Shown here: positions 8,789 to 17,394 of the stretch, piece by piece
Layout: the number at the start of each line of letters is the position of its first letter
Numbering within the stretch: the first letter of the stretch is position 1
DNA from: Acidimicrobiia bacterium
GTDB lineage: Bacteria; Actinomycetota; Acidimicrobiia; Spongiisociales; JAENVV01
NCBI GenBank assembly: GCA_041635475.1
Contig: JBFKVA010000002.1
Coordinates: 37,355 to 101,354 of the forward strand
DNA: 64,000 nucleotides
Direction: 5' to 3'
Translations under genes and position numbers: made by a program
Notes under the pieces: model-generated
The model's database searches: none
Told to the model about the DNA's origin: nothing
The model's input: the letters and a program-made list of their open reading frames with translations, nothing else

Positions 8789-9513
8789 GGGAGGGCCTCC
8801 AGGTCCTCCACGGCGGCGCGAATGAGGTCGGGACGGACGAGGTGAATGTCGTGCCCGACCCCCGGTTCGATGTGGGCGGTCGAGGCGACCGTGAGCAGCT
8901 TGCGTGCCTCCTCGACGATCCACGCCCCGGCCGCGGTGTCGTCGCGCCCCCAGACGAACCGAACCGGGGCGCGCAACGCGGCGAGTTCGCCCTCGTACGT
9001 CTCGCCCACGGCCCGGACGAGCACGCCGCGCATCACGCCCGACGCGGCCCGATAGTCGGCGGAACCGTGTCGCCGACGCGCCCGCTCCAGCCGCTCGTCG
9101 CCAACGAGTCCGAACCGATGGGTCCATCGCAGGACCCGGTAGGCCGGGGCCGGTCGGACGGCCGGCGCCCGCCGCAGGAGTGGGACACCGGCGAGCACGA
9201 GACCCTTGACCGGGTGGTCCGCTGCCAGGCAGACGGCCACCCGTCCACCGAACGAATGCCCGAGGACCACCGGCGGATCGGTGAACGAATCGAGCACGGG
9301 GGCCACCGCCGCGGCGTACTCCCTGGCACCCCACGCGTGGGGCGGCGGCGGCGAGGCGCCGAAGCCGGGGAGGTCGATCGCGATCGCGTCGATCCCGTCC
9401 AACACGGCCGCGAAGTCGGTGCGATCACGGCCCCAGCCGTGGAGGGCGAGCACTCGTGGGCTCGCTCCTCGGACGTCTCCGAAGAGCTGGTCGGTGAGGG
9501 CCTTCAGCGCCAC
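8785..9513 (-). CDS. alpha/beta hydrolase fold protein
   Basis: MALKALTDQLFG...RVLALHGWGRDRTDFAAV...VLGHSFGGRVAV has a GHSFGG nucleophile elbow and ends VGHDIHLVRPDL. Confidence 0.8.
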   Translation of the reverse strand: MALKALTDQLFGDVRGASPRVLALHGWGRDRTDFAAVLDGIDAIAIDLPGFGASPPPPHAWGAREYAAAVAPVLDSFTDPPVVLGHSFGGRVAVCLAADHPVKGLVLAGVPLLRRAPAVRPAPAYRVLRWTHRFGLVGDERLERARRRHGSADYRAASGVMRGVLVRAVGETYEGELAALRAPVRFVWGRDDTAAGAWIVEEARKLLTVASTAHIEPGVGHDIHLVRPDLIRAAVEDLEALP

Positions 9514-9516
9514 GTA

Positions 9517-10299
9517 TCAGCCGGGGATCCCGGCGGCGAGGGCGTGGAAACCACCGTCGACGTGGACGACCTCGCCGGTGGTCATGGGAGCCCAGTCACT
9601 CAGGAGGATGGCCACCATCCGGGCCACGGGCTCCGGGTTGGTCTGGTCCCAGGGGAGCGGCGCCCTGTCCGCCCACACGCCCTCGAACACCTCGAAGCCG
9701 GGAATCGACTTGGCGGCCATGGTCTTGAGCGGTCCCGCCGAGACGGCGTTGACCCGAATGCCCTTGGGTCCGAGGTACCCGGCGAGGTAGCGCGTCGTCG
9801 CCTGCAGGGCCGCCTTGGCGACGCCCATCCAGTCGTACCCCGGCCAGGCCTGGGAGTTGTCGAAGTCGAGGGTCACGAGCGCCCCTCCCCCGGCCTTTTC
9901 CATGAGGGGAAGGAGACCCATGGCGAGGGTCTTGTAGGAGAAGGCCGAGACGCCGAACGTGGTGGAGGCGCTCTCGGCGGTCGTGTGGAGGAAGTTCCCG
10001 CCGAGGGCATCGGCGGGCGCGAAGCCGATCGAGTGCAGGCCACCGTCGACCCCACCCCACCTGCGGTCGAGTTCCGAGGCGAGGTCGGCCATGTGGGCGT
10101 CGTTCATGATGTCGAGTTCGAACACATCGGGAGGACTGGGAAGCCGGTGGGCGGTGCGTTCAGTGATCCGCAGACCGCGACCGAACCCGGTGAGAACGAG
10201 GTCGGCTCCCTGCTCCTGGGCGATGCGGGCCGAGTGAAAGGCGATTGAGTCGGGGTTGAGGACCCCGGTGATGACGAGGCGCTTGCCTTTCAGGAACAC
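9517..10299 (-). CDS. inhA: NADH-dependent enoyl-ACP reductase, InhA/FabI type
   Basis: The start is a GTG at 10299 with AAAGGAGGG 6 nt upstream. MFLKGKRLVITGVLNPDSIAFHSARIAQEQGADLVLTGF is close to M. tuberculosis InhA ([35 protein letters not shown]). The N-terminal 135 aa of ORF 9517..10704 is junk. Confidence 0.85.
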   Translation of the reverse strand: MFLKGKRLVITGVLNPDSIAFHSARIAQEQGADLVLTGFGRGLRITERTAHRLPSPPDVFELDIMNDAHMADLASELDRRWGGVDGGLHSIGFAPADALGGNFLHTTAESASTTFGVSAFSYKTLAMGLLPLMEKAGGGALVTLDFDNSQAWPGYDWMGVAKAALQATTRYLAGYLGPKGIRVNAVSAGPLKTMAAKSIPGFEVFEGVWADRAPLPWDQTNPEPVARMVAILLSDWAPMTTGEVVHVDGGFHALAAGIPG

Positions 10300-10403
10300 G
10301 ACATCCCTCCTTTGCTGAGGGGACCACTGTAGGGCAGGGAGCCCCTGGTTGGATGCGAGGCTCCCCCGGGCGCCGCGCCGAGGGCCGGCCCCTACCGCCC
10401 GGC

Positions 10404-10766
10404 CTAGAACCACTCCCCGAAGCTGAGCCACCCCCGGATGCCGAGACCGGCCAGAAACAGCAGGAGGATGCCCCAACTGAGCTGGGGCCGCCGGGCGAAC
10501 TGGGCGCGGTACACGTACGCGAACGACACCGCGAAGAGGATGACGATGCCGTAGAACATGTGGATCGAGCCGGGGTCCTGGCCGCGCGAGAACATGAGGA
10601 GACCAAGGGTCACCTGGGTGACGAGCGCCCCGATGCCGGTCATGGCGGACCAGAAGAACGGCGTGGGCAGCGGCCGCTTGGCGATGGCGAGGCCGATCGC
10701 CCACAGGCCGACGGCGGCGTTGAAGTAGATGGCGGCTTGCCCGAGGAACGAGTGGATCTCACCCAT
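10404..10766 (-). CDS. small integral membrane protein (4 predicted TM helices), unknown function
   Basis: MGEIHSFLGQAAIYFNAAVGLWAIGLAIAKRPLPTPFFWSAMTGIGALVTQVTLGLLMFSRGQDPGSIHMFYGIVILFAVSFAYVYRAQF...LLLFLAGLGIRGWLSF is strongly hydrophobic and shows a GC3 bias consistent with coding. Confidence 0.6.
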   Translation of the reverse strand: MGEIHSFLGQAAIYFNAAVGLWAIGLAIAKRPLPTPFFWSAMTGIGALVTQVTLGLLMFSRGQDPGSIHMFYGIVILFAVSFAYVYRAQFARRPQLSWGILLLFLAGLGIRGWLSFGEWF

Positions 10767-10783
10767 GGGGCCGAGAGCGTAGT

Positions 10784-10903
10784 GGCGCGCGCTGGAACCC
10801 AGGGTTCAGGCGCGCGATATGCGCGCGATCTGGCCCACGGTTCGGCGCGCGCTGGAACCCAGGGTTCAGGCGCGCGATATGCGCGCGATCTGGCCCACGG
10901 TTC
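10784..10903. repeat. perfect tandem duplication of a 60-bp unit (10784-10843 and 10844-10903); each unit contains the direct repeats GCGCGCGAT-AT-GCGCGCGAT plus GCGCGCGCT
   Basis: Direct reading shows ggcgcgcgctggaacccagggttcaggcgcgcgatatgcgcgcgatctggcccacggttc repeated twice with no mismatch. It lies 18-137 bp upstream of the membrane-protein gene start (10766) and just downstream of the stop of the 10912 gene. Confidence 0.9.
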
Positions 10904-10911
10904 GGCCGGTG

Positions 10912-11850
10912 TCAGTAGGCCATCGTGACCGTGCGGTGGTGCTCGCCCATTTGCTCGGCCTGCGGTCCGAGGACCGCGGCATGCCACAACCAGTAGTCCA
11001 GGGCCGGCATCGCCATGGGCTTGCCGGCAGCGGCGAGAGCGTCCAGCGTGACCTCGGCGGCGCGCATCGTCCCCCATCGGATCGCGAGTTCGGGATGCGA
11101 CCCGGGCGCGATCTCGACCCGGGAATCGACGGCGATCGCCACCTCAGGGTCGTAGCGGAGAACGCCGTGGTGGCGGAGCGTCCTCGGGACCATGTAGTCG
11201 GGGTAGACGGGGAACTGCTCGAGCCCGACGAATGCCGGGCCGTTCCCCGACATCATCGCCGTCGCCAGGTGCGCCAGCTTCCAGAATCGAAGCACGCCAT
11301 GTTCGGTCACGGCCTCGTCCCGGTACCCCGGTACCGTCTCGACGAGGAGCCGGGCAACCGTTGGTCCGTCGAACACGGCTTCCTCCACGAGGTTGGCGAA
11401 GGTCCCGTCCCAACGGCTGATGGCCGCCCGGGCGACACCGGTGAGGCGGTCTCGGCGCTCGGGCAGGAGTTGGAGGACGCCGCGGCCCTCGAAGAGCCGT
11501 TCCACGTCGGCGAGCGACCACTCGGCCACGCGGTCGAATCCCAGGCCGCCACGCTCACGCTCCTTGGTGAAGGCCGCGAAGAACCCGGGGGCGTCATCGA
11601 GACGCTCACCCCGAAACTCGGTCGACCACTGGGTCTCGCCCGCCGGCGGCCACAGGCAGGCGACGCAGGACACGGCCAGGACGACGAAGTCCCACCATTC
11701 CCGGCTCCCGAGGCCTTCGGGGAGCCCGGAGTAGTCGAAGGCAGCCCTCTCCAATGGGCGAAAGGCGTCGGCGAACCTCGCGATCGCGCCCTCGTCGATG
11801 GTCACCCCCCACTCGGTGGGCGGCGCCTTCGTCCGGACGGGATCCCTCAC
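10912..11850 (-). CDS. conserved hypothetical protein (about 313 aa); possibly a queuosine-salvage (DUF2419) family member, low certainty
   Basis: The C-terminal two thirds is protein-like (VTIDEGAIARFADAFRPLERAAFDYSGLPEGLGSREWWDFVVLAVSCVACLWPPAGETQWSTEFRGERL...YWLWHAAVLGPQAEQ). The start is a GTG at 11850..11848 overlapping the TGA of the upstream fadD (GTGA). The ORF-track N-terminus (12138) overlaps fadD and is Arg-rich junk. Confidence 0.55.
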   Translation of the reverse strand: MRDPVRTKAPPTEWGVTIDEGAIARFADAFRPLERAAFDYSGLPEGLGSREWWDFVVLAVSCVACLWPPAGETQWSTEFRGERLDDAPGFFAAFTKERERGGLGFDRVAEWSLADVERLFEGRGVLQLLPERRDRLTGVARAAISRWDGTFANLVEEAVFDGPTVARLLVETVPGYRDEAVTEHGVLRFWKLAHLATAMMSGNGPAFVGLEQFPVYPDYMVPRTLRHHGVLRYDPEVAIAVDSRVEIAPGSHPELAIRWGTMRAAEVTLDALAAAGKPMAMPALDYWLWHAAVLGPQAEQMGEHHRTVTMAY

Positions 11851-13454
11851 AAGAGGATGTTCTCGTGTTCGGCCCGCAGCACCTTCTTGTCGAACTTGCC
11901 GGTGCCCGTCTTGGGGATCGCGTCGATGAACACGACCCGATCGGGGAGCCACCAGCTCGCCACATGCGGTTCGAGGAAGGCGACGAGCTCCTCCCCGCTG
12001 GCGTCGTGACCGGCGCGCAGGACGACGAAGGCCACGGGTCGCTCCTGCCATTTGGCGTGCTTGACCCCCACCACGGTGGCCTCGGCCACCGCCGGGTGGG
12101 CCATGAGGGTGTTCTCGAGGTCGAGGGAGGAGATCCACTCACCGCCCGATTTGATGACGTCCTTGGCCCGGTCCGTGATCTTGATGTAGCCGTCGGGGTC
12201 GATCGTGCACACGTCGCCCGTGGCCATCCATCCGTCCACGAACGAGTCCTGCCGCTCGTCGCGGTAGTACTCGGCGGCAATCCACGGCCCCTGGATGAAC
12301 AGCTCGCCGAACGCCACGCCGTCGTGCGGGAGTTCGGTGCCCGCGTCATCCACGATCTTCATGCGGAGACCCGGCATCGGGATCCCAACCGTCTCCATGA
12401 CGTCGAGCTTGCGTTCGAGTTCCCAGTCCTGCATGTCGTCACGGATGAGCGCAACCGAGGCGACGGGGTTGGTTTCGGTCATCCCCCACGCCTGGGCGAT
12501 GTAGATGCCGGTGTTCTCCGCGTACCACTTCATGAGGCCACGGGGAACGGCCGATCCGCCACACACGAGCGTCTCGATGGTCTCGAGCCGCTCGTCGGGA
12601 TGATCCATGAGGTACTGCTGTACGCCGAGGAACACCGTGGGCACACCGGCAGAGAACGTCACCTTCTCGTCGTTGAAGATCCTGACGATGCCAGCCGGGC
12701 TCAGGTCGTGTCCGGGGTAGGTGATCTTGGCGCCGACCGTGACGGCGATGAACGGGAGGCCCCAGGCGGCGGCGTGGAACATCGGGACGATCGGGAGGAG
12801 GTTGTCGGATTGCGACATGCCGAGGGTGCCGGTGTTCGTGATCGTGTGCATGTACGTCGAACGCTGGGTGTAGGCAACGCCCTTGGGGTGCCCTGTGGTG
12901 CCCGACGTGTAGCAGAACATCATCGGCGATCGCTCGTCGACCTCCGGCCAGCGCCCACTCAACGGCTGGTCGGCAAGGAGGTCTTCGTAGTTGACGGCGT
13001 TGGGAAGCGTTGTCTCGACCCCCGTGCCGCCCATCACGATCCAGTGCTCGACGCCGGGGAGAAGCGGTGCCACCGGTTCGATGAGCGGGAGCAGGTCGAC
13101 GTCCACGAAGATCGCCCGGTCCTGGGCGTGGTTCACGACGTACTCGAGCTGTTCAGGGAACAGCCGGATGTTGAGCGTGTGGCAGATCCGCCCGGTGTTG
13201 GCGGTCGCCCAGTAGAGCTCATGGTGACGGTGGGTGTTCCAACCGAACGTCCCGACCACCTCACCCTGGGCGATGCCGAGGGACTCGAGGGCCGAGACGA
13301 GTCGTCGCACCCGGGTGTCCGTCTCGGCGAAGGTGGTCCGGTGGATCGTCTTGTCGGCCTCCAGCGACACGATCTCGCGGTGCCCGAACACGCCGACAGC
13401 GCGGTCGTAGAGCGTCGAGAGCAGCAACGGGTGGTCCATCATGTGTGGGGGCAC
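11847..13454 (-). CDS. fadD: long-chain fatty-acid--CoA ligase (AMP-dependent synthetase)
   Basis: [18 protein letters not shown] (AMP-binding motif), GYGMTE-like WGMTET, and [36 protein letters not shown]. Confidence 0.9.
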   Translation of the reverse strand: MPPHMMDHPLLLSTLYDRAVGVFGHREIVSLEADKTIHRTTFAETDTRVRRLVSALESLGIAQGEVVGTFGWNTHRHHELYWATANTGRICHTLNIRLFPEQLEYVVNHAQDRAIFVDVDLLPLIEPVAPLLPGVEHWIVMGGTGVETTLPNAVNYEDLLADQPLSGRWPEVDERSPMMFCYTSGTTGHPKGVAYTQRSTYMHTITNTGTLGMSQSDNLLPIVPMFHAAAWGLPFIAVTVGAKITYPGHDLSPAGIVRIFNDEKVTFSAGVPTVFLGVQQYLMDHPDERLETIETLVCGGSAVPRGLMKWYAENTGIYIAQAWGMTETNPVASVALIRDDMQDWELERKLDVMETVGIPMPGLRMKIVDDAGTELPHDGVAFGELFIQGPWIAAEYYRDERQDSFVDGWMATGDVCTIDPDGYIKITDRAKDVIKSGGEWISSLDLENTLMAHPAVAEATVVGVKHAKWQERPVAFVVLRAGHDASGEELVAFLEPHVASWWLPDRVVFIDAIPKTGTGKFDKKVLRAEHENILL

Positions 13455-13478
13455 GGCTTGATCCTCTCTCCGGCCGGG

Positions 13479-14072
13479 TCACCGACCTAGCAGTCGGGCC
13501 TTTTGTTGGGTGAACTCCTCATCGGTGAGCACGCCTTCGGCCCGCAGCCGGGACAGGGTCTCCAGCTCTGCGCCGATGCTGCCGCCCCCTCGCAGGAGCA
13601 GGGTTCGCTCCTCTCGCACGCGGTACACGAGCGATTGGACGCCTTCGGGATCGGGGATGTCGGTGAACCGACTCTGGCCGTGCTCCCCGGCCGACTCGAT
13701 GAGCAGGTCACCCGACCCGAAGATGCGTTCCCCGAACGTCTGGCTGAAGGCGACATCGTTGATGACCTCGAGGGGGATTTCCTTTCCCGTCCGGGTGAAC
13801 AGGCCGGTGCGGGTGATGAGCCGCTCCGTTGTGACAACGAACCACGTCGTCTTCCATTTCACCCACCGCGGCGCGGTGAGGGCGAACCCGAGGACGAATC
13901 CCCCGACGACGCCGGCCCACGTCGCGACACCGTCCACGAACGCGCTGAGCAGGACACCGCCGACGATGACGGCCAGCACCACGAGCGTCGGTCGGATGAG
14001 GCTTGCCCAGTGGGGATGAAACTCACTCACGACGTCCTCGCCGGGGCTCAGGAAGCGACGCGGGTAGGGCAT
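13479..14072 (-). CDS. membrane protein with a bacterial PH (bPH_2/YdbT-like) domain and a C-terminal SHOCT domain
   Basis: An N-terminal two-TM hairpin is followed by the PH-like region (TTERLITRTGLFTRTGKEIPLEVINDVAF). The C-terminus LETLSRLRAEGVLTDEEFTQQKARLL is SHOCT-like. Confidence 0.75.
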   Translation of the reverse strand: MPYPRRFLSPGEDVVSEFHPHWASLIRPTLVVLAVIVGGVLLSAFVDGVATWAGVVGGFVLGFALTAPRWVKWKTTWFVVTTERLITRTGLFTRTGKEIPLEVINDVAFSQTFGERIFGSGDLLIESAGEHGQSRFTDIPDPEGVQSLVYRVREERTLLLRGGGSIGAELETLSRLRAEGVLTDEEFTQQKARLLGR

Positions 14073-14151
14073 TCCCGCATCCTATCCGCCGGCACCCCGG
14101 CCGCGTCGCCGACGGCCGGAGTACGTCGTCCGACCCGATAGCCTTTGTCCT

Positions 14152-14727
14152 GTGCGCTCCGTTCTCGCCCTCGCGGTCGGCCTCTCACTCGTGCTCGTCG
14201 CATGCGGGCCATCCCAGCCAACGGGGATCATCCGAACCCCCGCACCGGACGTGGGTCATCTCGGCCTCCCGGATGTCGACGGATCGACAACCCGATTCGT
14301 GGCACCCGACGGCAGCTACCTCCTCGTCTACTTCGGGTACACGAGCTGCCCGGATGTGTGCCCGACCACGATGGCCGACGTTCGTTCGGCCCTGTCCCAG
14401 GTCGACGACGCCGCCGACCGATTCACGGTGGCGATGATCACGATCGACCCCGACCGCGACACCGTTGAGGAGGTCGATCGATACGTCAAGGTCTTCTTCC
14501 CGACGGGCATCGCTCTGCGCACCGGCGACGCCGAGGTGCTGCGGGAGGTGGCCGATGGGTTCGGGGCGGACTACGACGTGGAAACCACGGAAACCGGGGA
14601 GATCCTGGTCAGCCACACCGCGTTTCTCTACGCCGTCGACACCGAAGGCCGGATCCGTCTCCAATGGCCGTTCGGTGCGACGCCCGACGACATGGCCCAC
14701 GACTTCCAGATCCTGATCGAATCATGA
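14152..14727 (+). CDS. SCO1/SenC family copper chaperone (thioredoxin fold), lipoprotein
   Basis: A GTG start and a lipobox (LVLVACG) are present. YFGYTSCPDVCPTTMADV carries the SCO CxxxC motif, and DRDTVEEVDRYVKVF follows. Confidence 0.85.
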   Translation: MRSVLALAVGLSLVLVACGPSQPTGIIRTPAPDVGHLGLPDVDGSTTRFVAPDGSYLLVYFGYTSCPDVCPTTMADVRSALSQVDDAADRFTVAMITIDPDRDTVEEVDRYVKVFFPTGIALRTGDAEVLREVADGFGADYDVETTETGEILVSHTAFLYAVDTEGRIRLQWPFGATPDDMAHDFQILIES

Positions 14728-15089
14728 CCCACAGCGTCACTGCCGCCCTTGCCGTCGTCGTCCTCGCCCTTGCCGCGTGCGGAGGGGACGACCTCTCCCT
14801 CATCGACGACCCCGGCGCCCTCGAGGCGACGTACGAGTACACCGTGCCGGCCGGGACCGGCGAGAGGTTCGACCGCGGCGAACCGATCGAGATCCTTCCC
14901 CAGACGCTGGAGGCCAAGGTCGGCGAGGTCATTCGCATCGTCAACGAAGACGACCGCGGACACGTCGTCGGGCCCTTCTACGTCGGGGCCGGGGAGACCC
15001 TGGTGCAGCGGTTCGCCTCACCTGGTGTCTTCCAGGGTGCATGCACGGTCCACCCGTCGGGCCAGTTCGAGCTCAGGGTCTCGCGATGA
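14724..15089 (+). CDS. small secreted lipoprotein (121 aa), unknown function; candidate metal-binding partner of SCO
   Basis: The ATG at 14724 overlaps the SCO stop (ATGA). MTHSVTAALAVVVLALAACGGDD has a lipobox, and the mature part contains His and Cys residues (GHVVGPFYV...GACTVHPSG). Confidence 0.6.
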   Translation: MTHSVTAALAVVVLALAACGGDDLSLIDDPGALEATYEYTVPAGTGERFDRGEPIEILPQTLEAKVGEVIRIVNEDDRGHVVGPFYVGAGETLVQRFASPGVFQGACTVHPSGQFELRVSR

Positions 15090-16087
15090 CGCCCTCGTCG
15101 TCGACGAACCGTCGTCGGCGCCGAGGCACCTCGACAGCTCTCCTCGCCCTCCTGCTGAGCGGCACCGCCCTCCCGGCCGCGGCCGATCCCGCCGGACCGA
15201 CCGACTACCGCAACGAGGTGATCGGTCTCGACCCGGCCACCGACGGAGCGGAGTTCTCGATCGTCGGCGGAGATGCGTTCCTGCGGGTGGAAGTGGAGGC
15301 CGGGACGGAGCTGGTCGTCATCGGGTACTTCGGTGAGCCGTACCTCAGGATCCTGGCCAACGGCACCGTCGAGGAGAACCAGATCTCGCCCTCCGTCCCC
15401 CTCAACACCGACCGGTACGCCGACGACGTCGAGATCGACCGTGACCAGGCACAGCTCCCACCCCATTGGCAGGTCATAGGCAACGGTGGGGCCTGGGCGT
15501 GGCACGATCACCGCGTCCACTGGATGTCACGCACGCCGCCGCCCGGACGGTCCCCCGGCGACGTGATCTATGGGGAGGTCTCGATCCCGGTCGTCATCGA
15601 CGACGTCGAGACCCGGGTGAGCCTCTCCCTCACCTGGGTGGAACGGCCGGCGCCCGTGTGGCCCATCGTGGGGGCCCTCGTGGGTGCGCTCCTCGTCGGG
15701 TGGCGCCGTCGCCGGCACCTCCCCGCCCTCGGGCTCATCGCCGCCGCTGCCCTCGTGGTGGGGGTCCGGCAGTATGCCTGGCTGCCACCCGAGACCGACC
15801 CGAGCGTCCTCCAGTGGGCCGTTCCCGTCGCTGCCCTCGCCTTCGTGGGAGCCGGGCTTCTCCGCCCCCGGGTGGCGGCGGTGGCCGGCGCAGTCGCCGC
15901 GGCCGAGATCGCCGGGTGGGGCCTGTGGCGCCGGGAGAGCATGTGGAAGGCGATCCTGCCCACCAGCGCACCCTACGCCCTCGATCGGGCGGTGACCGCG
16001 GCCTGCCTGGTCGGCGGCCTCACGAGCCTCGTCCTCCTCTTCATCGTTCGTATCCGCACCAGCCCGGCCATCGAGAGGACCACCTGA
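15086..16087 (+). CDS. secreted/membrane protein (about 170-aa signal-peptide-bearing extracytoplasmic domain plus C-terminal multi-TM region), unknown function
   Basis: The ATG at 15086 overlaps the previous stop (ATGA). MTPSSSTNRRRRRGTSTALLALLLSGTALPAAADP is a signal peptide. His-rich stretches (AWHDHRVHW) and a hydrophobic C-terminus follow. The N-terminal 103 aa of ORF 14777..16087 overlaps the previous gene. Confidence 0.6.
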   Translation: MTPSSSTNRRRRRGTSTALLALLLSGTALPAAADPAGPTDYRNEVIGLDPATDGAEFSIVGGDAFLRVEVEAGTELVVIGYFGEPYLRILANGTVEENQISPSVPLNTDRYADDVEIDRDQAQLPPHWQVIGNGGAWAWHDHRVHWMSRTPPPGRSPGDVIYGEVSIPVVIDDVETRVSLSLTWVERPAPVWPIVGALVGALLVGWRRRRHLPALGLIAAAALVVGVRQYAWLPPETDPSVLQWAVPVAALAFVGAGLLRPRVAAVAGAVAAAEIAGWGLWRRESMWKAILPTSAPYALDRAVTAACLVGGLTSLVLLFIVRIRTSPAIERTT

Positions 16088-16106
16088 CCTCGTCGAAAGG
16101 AACACC

Positions 16107-17384
16107 ATGTCCCACAGCCTCACGAACGCACCCGAGTGGGCCTCACCGATGCTCGAGGAGGCCGTCGCCCAATTCCAGGCCGTGGCCGACCTGATGGACC
16201 TCGACGACAACCTCCGGGAACGGCTCATCCACCCCCAGCGCTCCATGGTGGTGAGCTTTCCGTTCCGCCGGGACGACTATGACGACGTGGACACCGTGTA
16301 CGGCTACCGGGTCCAGCACACGAGCACGATGGGGCCCACCAAGGGAGGCATCCGCTACGCCCCCGACGTCAACCTGGGTGAGGTCGCTGCCCTCGCCATG
16401 CTCATGACCTGGAAGTGCGCAATCATGGGTCTTCCCTTCGGGGGAGCCAAGGGAGGCGTCCGGATCGACCCCTCCGTGCTCACCCGCAAGGAGAAGCAAC
16501 GGGTCACCCGCCGCTACACGTCCGAGATCATCGACTTCATCGGGCCCCAGCGCGACATCCCCGCCCCCGACATGGGCACCGACAGCCAGACCATGGCCTG
16601 GATCATGGACACCTACTCCCAGCAGAAAGGGTACGCCGTCCCGGCGATCGTCACGGGCAAGCCCCCGGAACTCGGCGGATCGGTGGCGCGCAAGGAAGCA
16701 ACCGGTCGCGGGGTCATCAGCATCCTGCCGGCGGCCGCCAACCATGTCGGGCTCAAGGTCTCGGGCCTCAGGGTGGTTGTCCACGGCTTCGGCAACGTCG
16801 GCCGGTATGCGGCGCTCGCCGCCTCCGAACTCGGGTGCCGGGTGATTGCCGTGTCCGGGACGGCCGGTGGGGTCCATGACCCGGCGGGACTCGATGTCGG
16901 CACGCTCATCCGCTGGGCGGAGGCCCACGGCAACCTCGTCGGCTACGACGGCGCCGAGTGGATCACCAACGAGGAAGTCCTCGCCCTCGACTGCGACGTC
17001 CTCATCCCGGCCGCGGTACAGGGGGTCATCACCGCCGACAACGCCGCGGAGATCAAGGCACGCCTCATCCTCGAAGGCGCCAACGGCCCCACGTCGGCCG
17101 CCGCCGATGCCGTCCTCACCGACCGTGGCGTCACGGTCGTACCCGACATCCTCGCCAACGCGGGTGGGGTGACGGTGTCGTACTTCGAGTGGGTCCAGGA
17201 CATCCAGAACTACTTCTGGAGTGAGAACGAGATCGTTGCCCGACTCCGCGAACTCATGGCCAAGGCGTTCGACGAGGTCCTGTCGATCTCCGTGCGCGAA
17301 GGCGTCGACCTGCGCACGGCGGCGCTCATCAAGGGTGTGCGGCGGGTAGCGGCCGCCAAGAAGGTCCGGGGGATCTTCCCGTAG
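16107..17384 (+). CDS. gdh: Glu/Leu/Phe/Val dehydrogenase (glutamate dehydrogenase)
   Basis: The Lys motif region KCAIMGLPFGGAKGGVRIDP, the NAD-binding motif GFGNVGRYAA and the TGKPPELGGS family signature are present. Confidence 0.9.
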   Translation: MSHSLTNAPEWASPMLEEAVAQFQAVADLMDLDDNLRERLIHPQRSMVVSFPFRRDDYDDVDTVYGYRVQHTSTMGPTKGGIRYAPDVNLGEVAALAMLMTWKCAIMGLPFGGAKGGVRIDPSVLTRKEKQRVTRRYTSEIIDFIGPQRDIPAPDMGTDSQTMAWIMDTYSQQKGYAVPAIVTGKPPELGGSVARKEATGRGVISILPAAANHVGLKVSGLRVVVHGFGNVGRYAALAASELGCRVIAVSGTAGGVHDPAGLDVGTLIRWAEAHGNLVGYDGAEWITNEEVLALDCDVLIPAAVQGVITADNAAEIKARLILEGANGPTSAAADAVLTDRGVTVVPDILANAGGVTVSYFEWVQDIQNYFWSENEIVARLRELMAKAFDEVLSISVREGVDLRTAALIKGVRRVAAAKKVRGIFP

Positions 17385-17394
17385 CGGACCCCGA

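Noticed and set aside
10784-10903. Possible CRISPR array or tRNA-like element in the 60-bp repeats (contains GGGTTCAGG)
   Set aside because: Only two contiguous identical copies with no spacers, so it is not a CRISPR array. The GGTTCA-like motif lacks any acceptor or anticodon stem context. No tRNA-like cloverleaf was found anywhere in the window, including the GGGACTCGAACTCCCC inside ridA.
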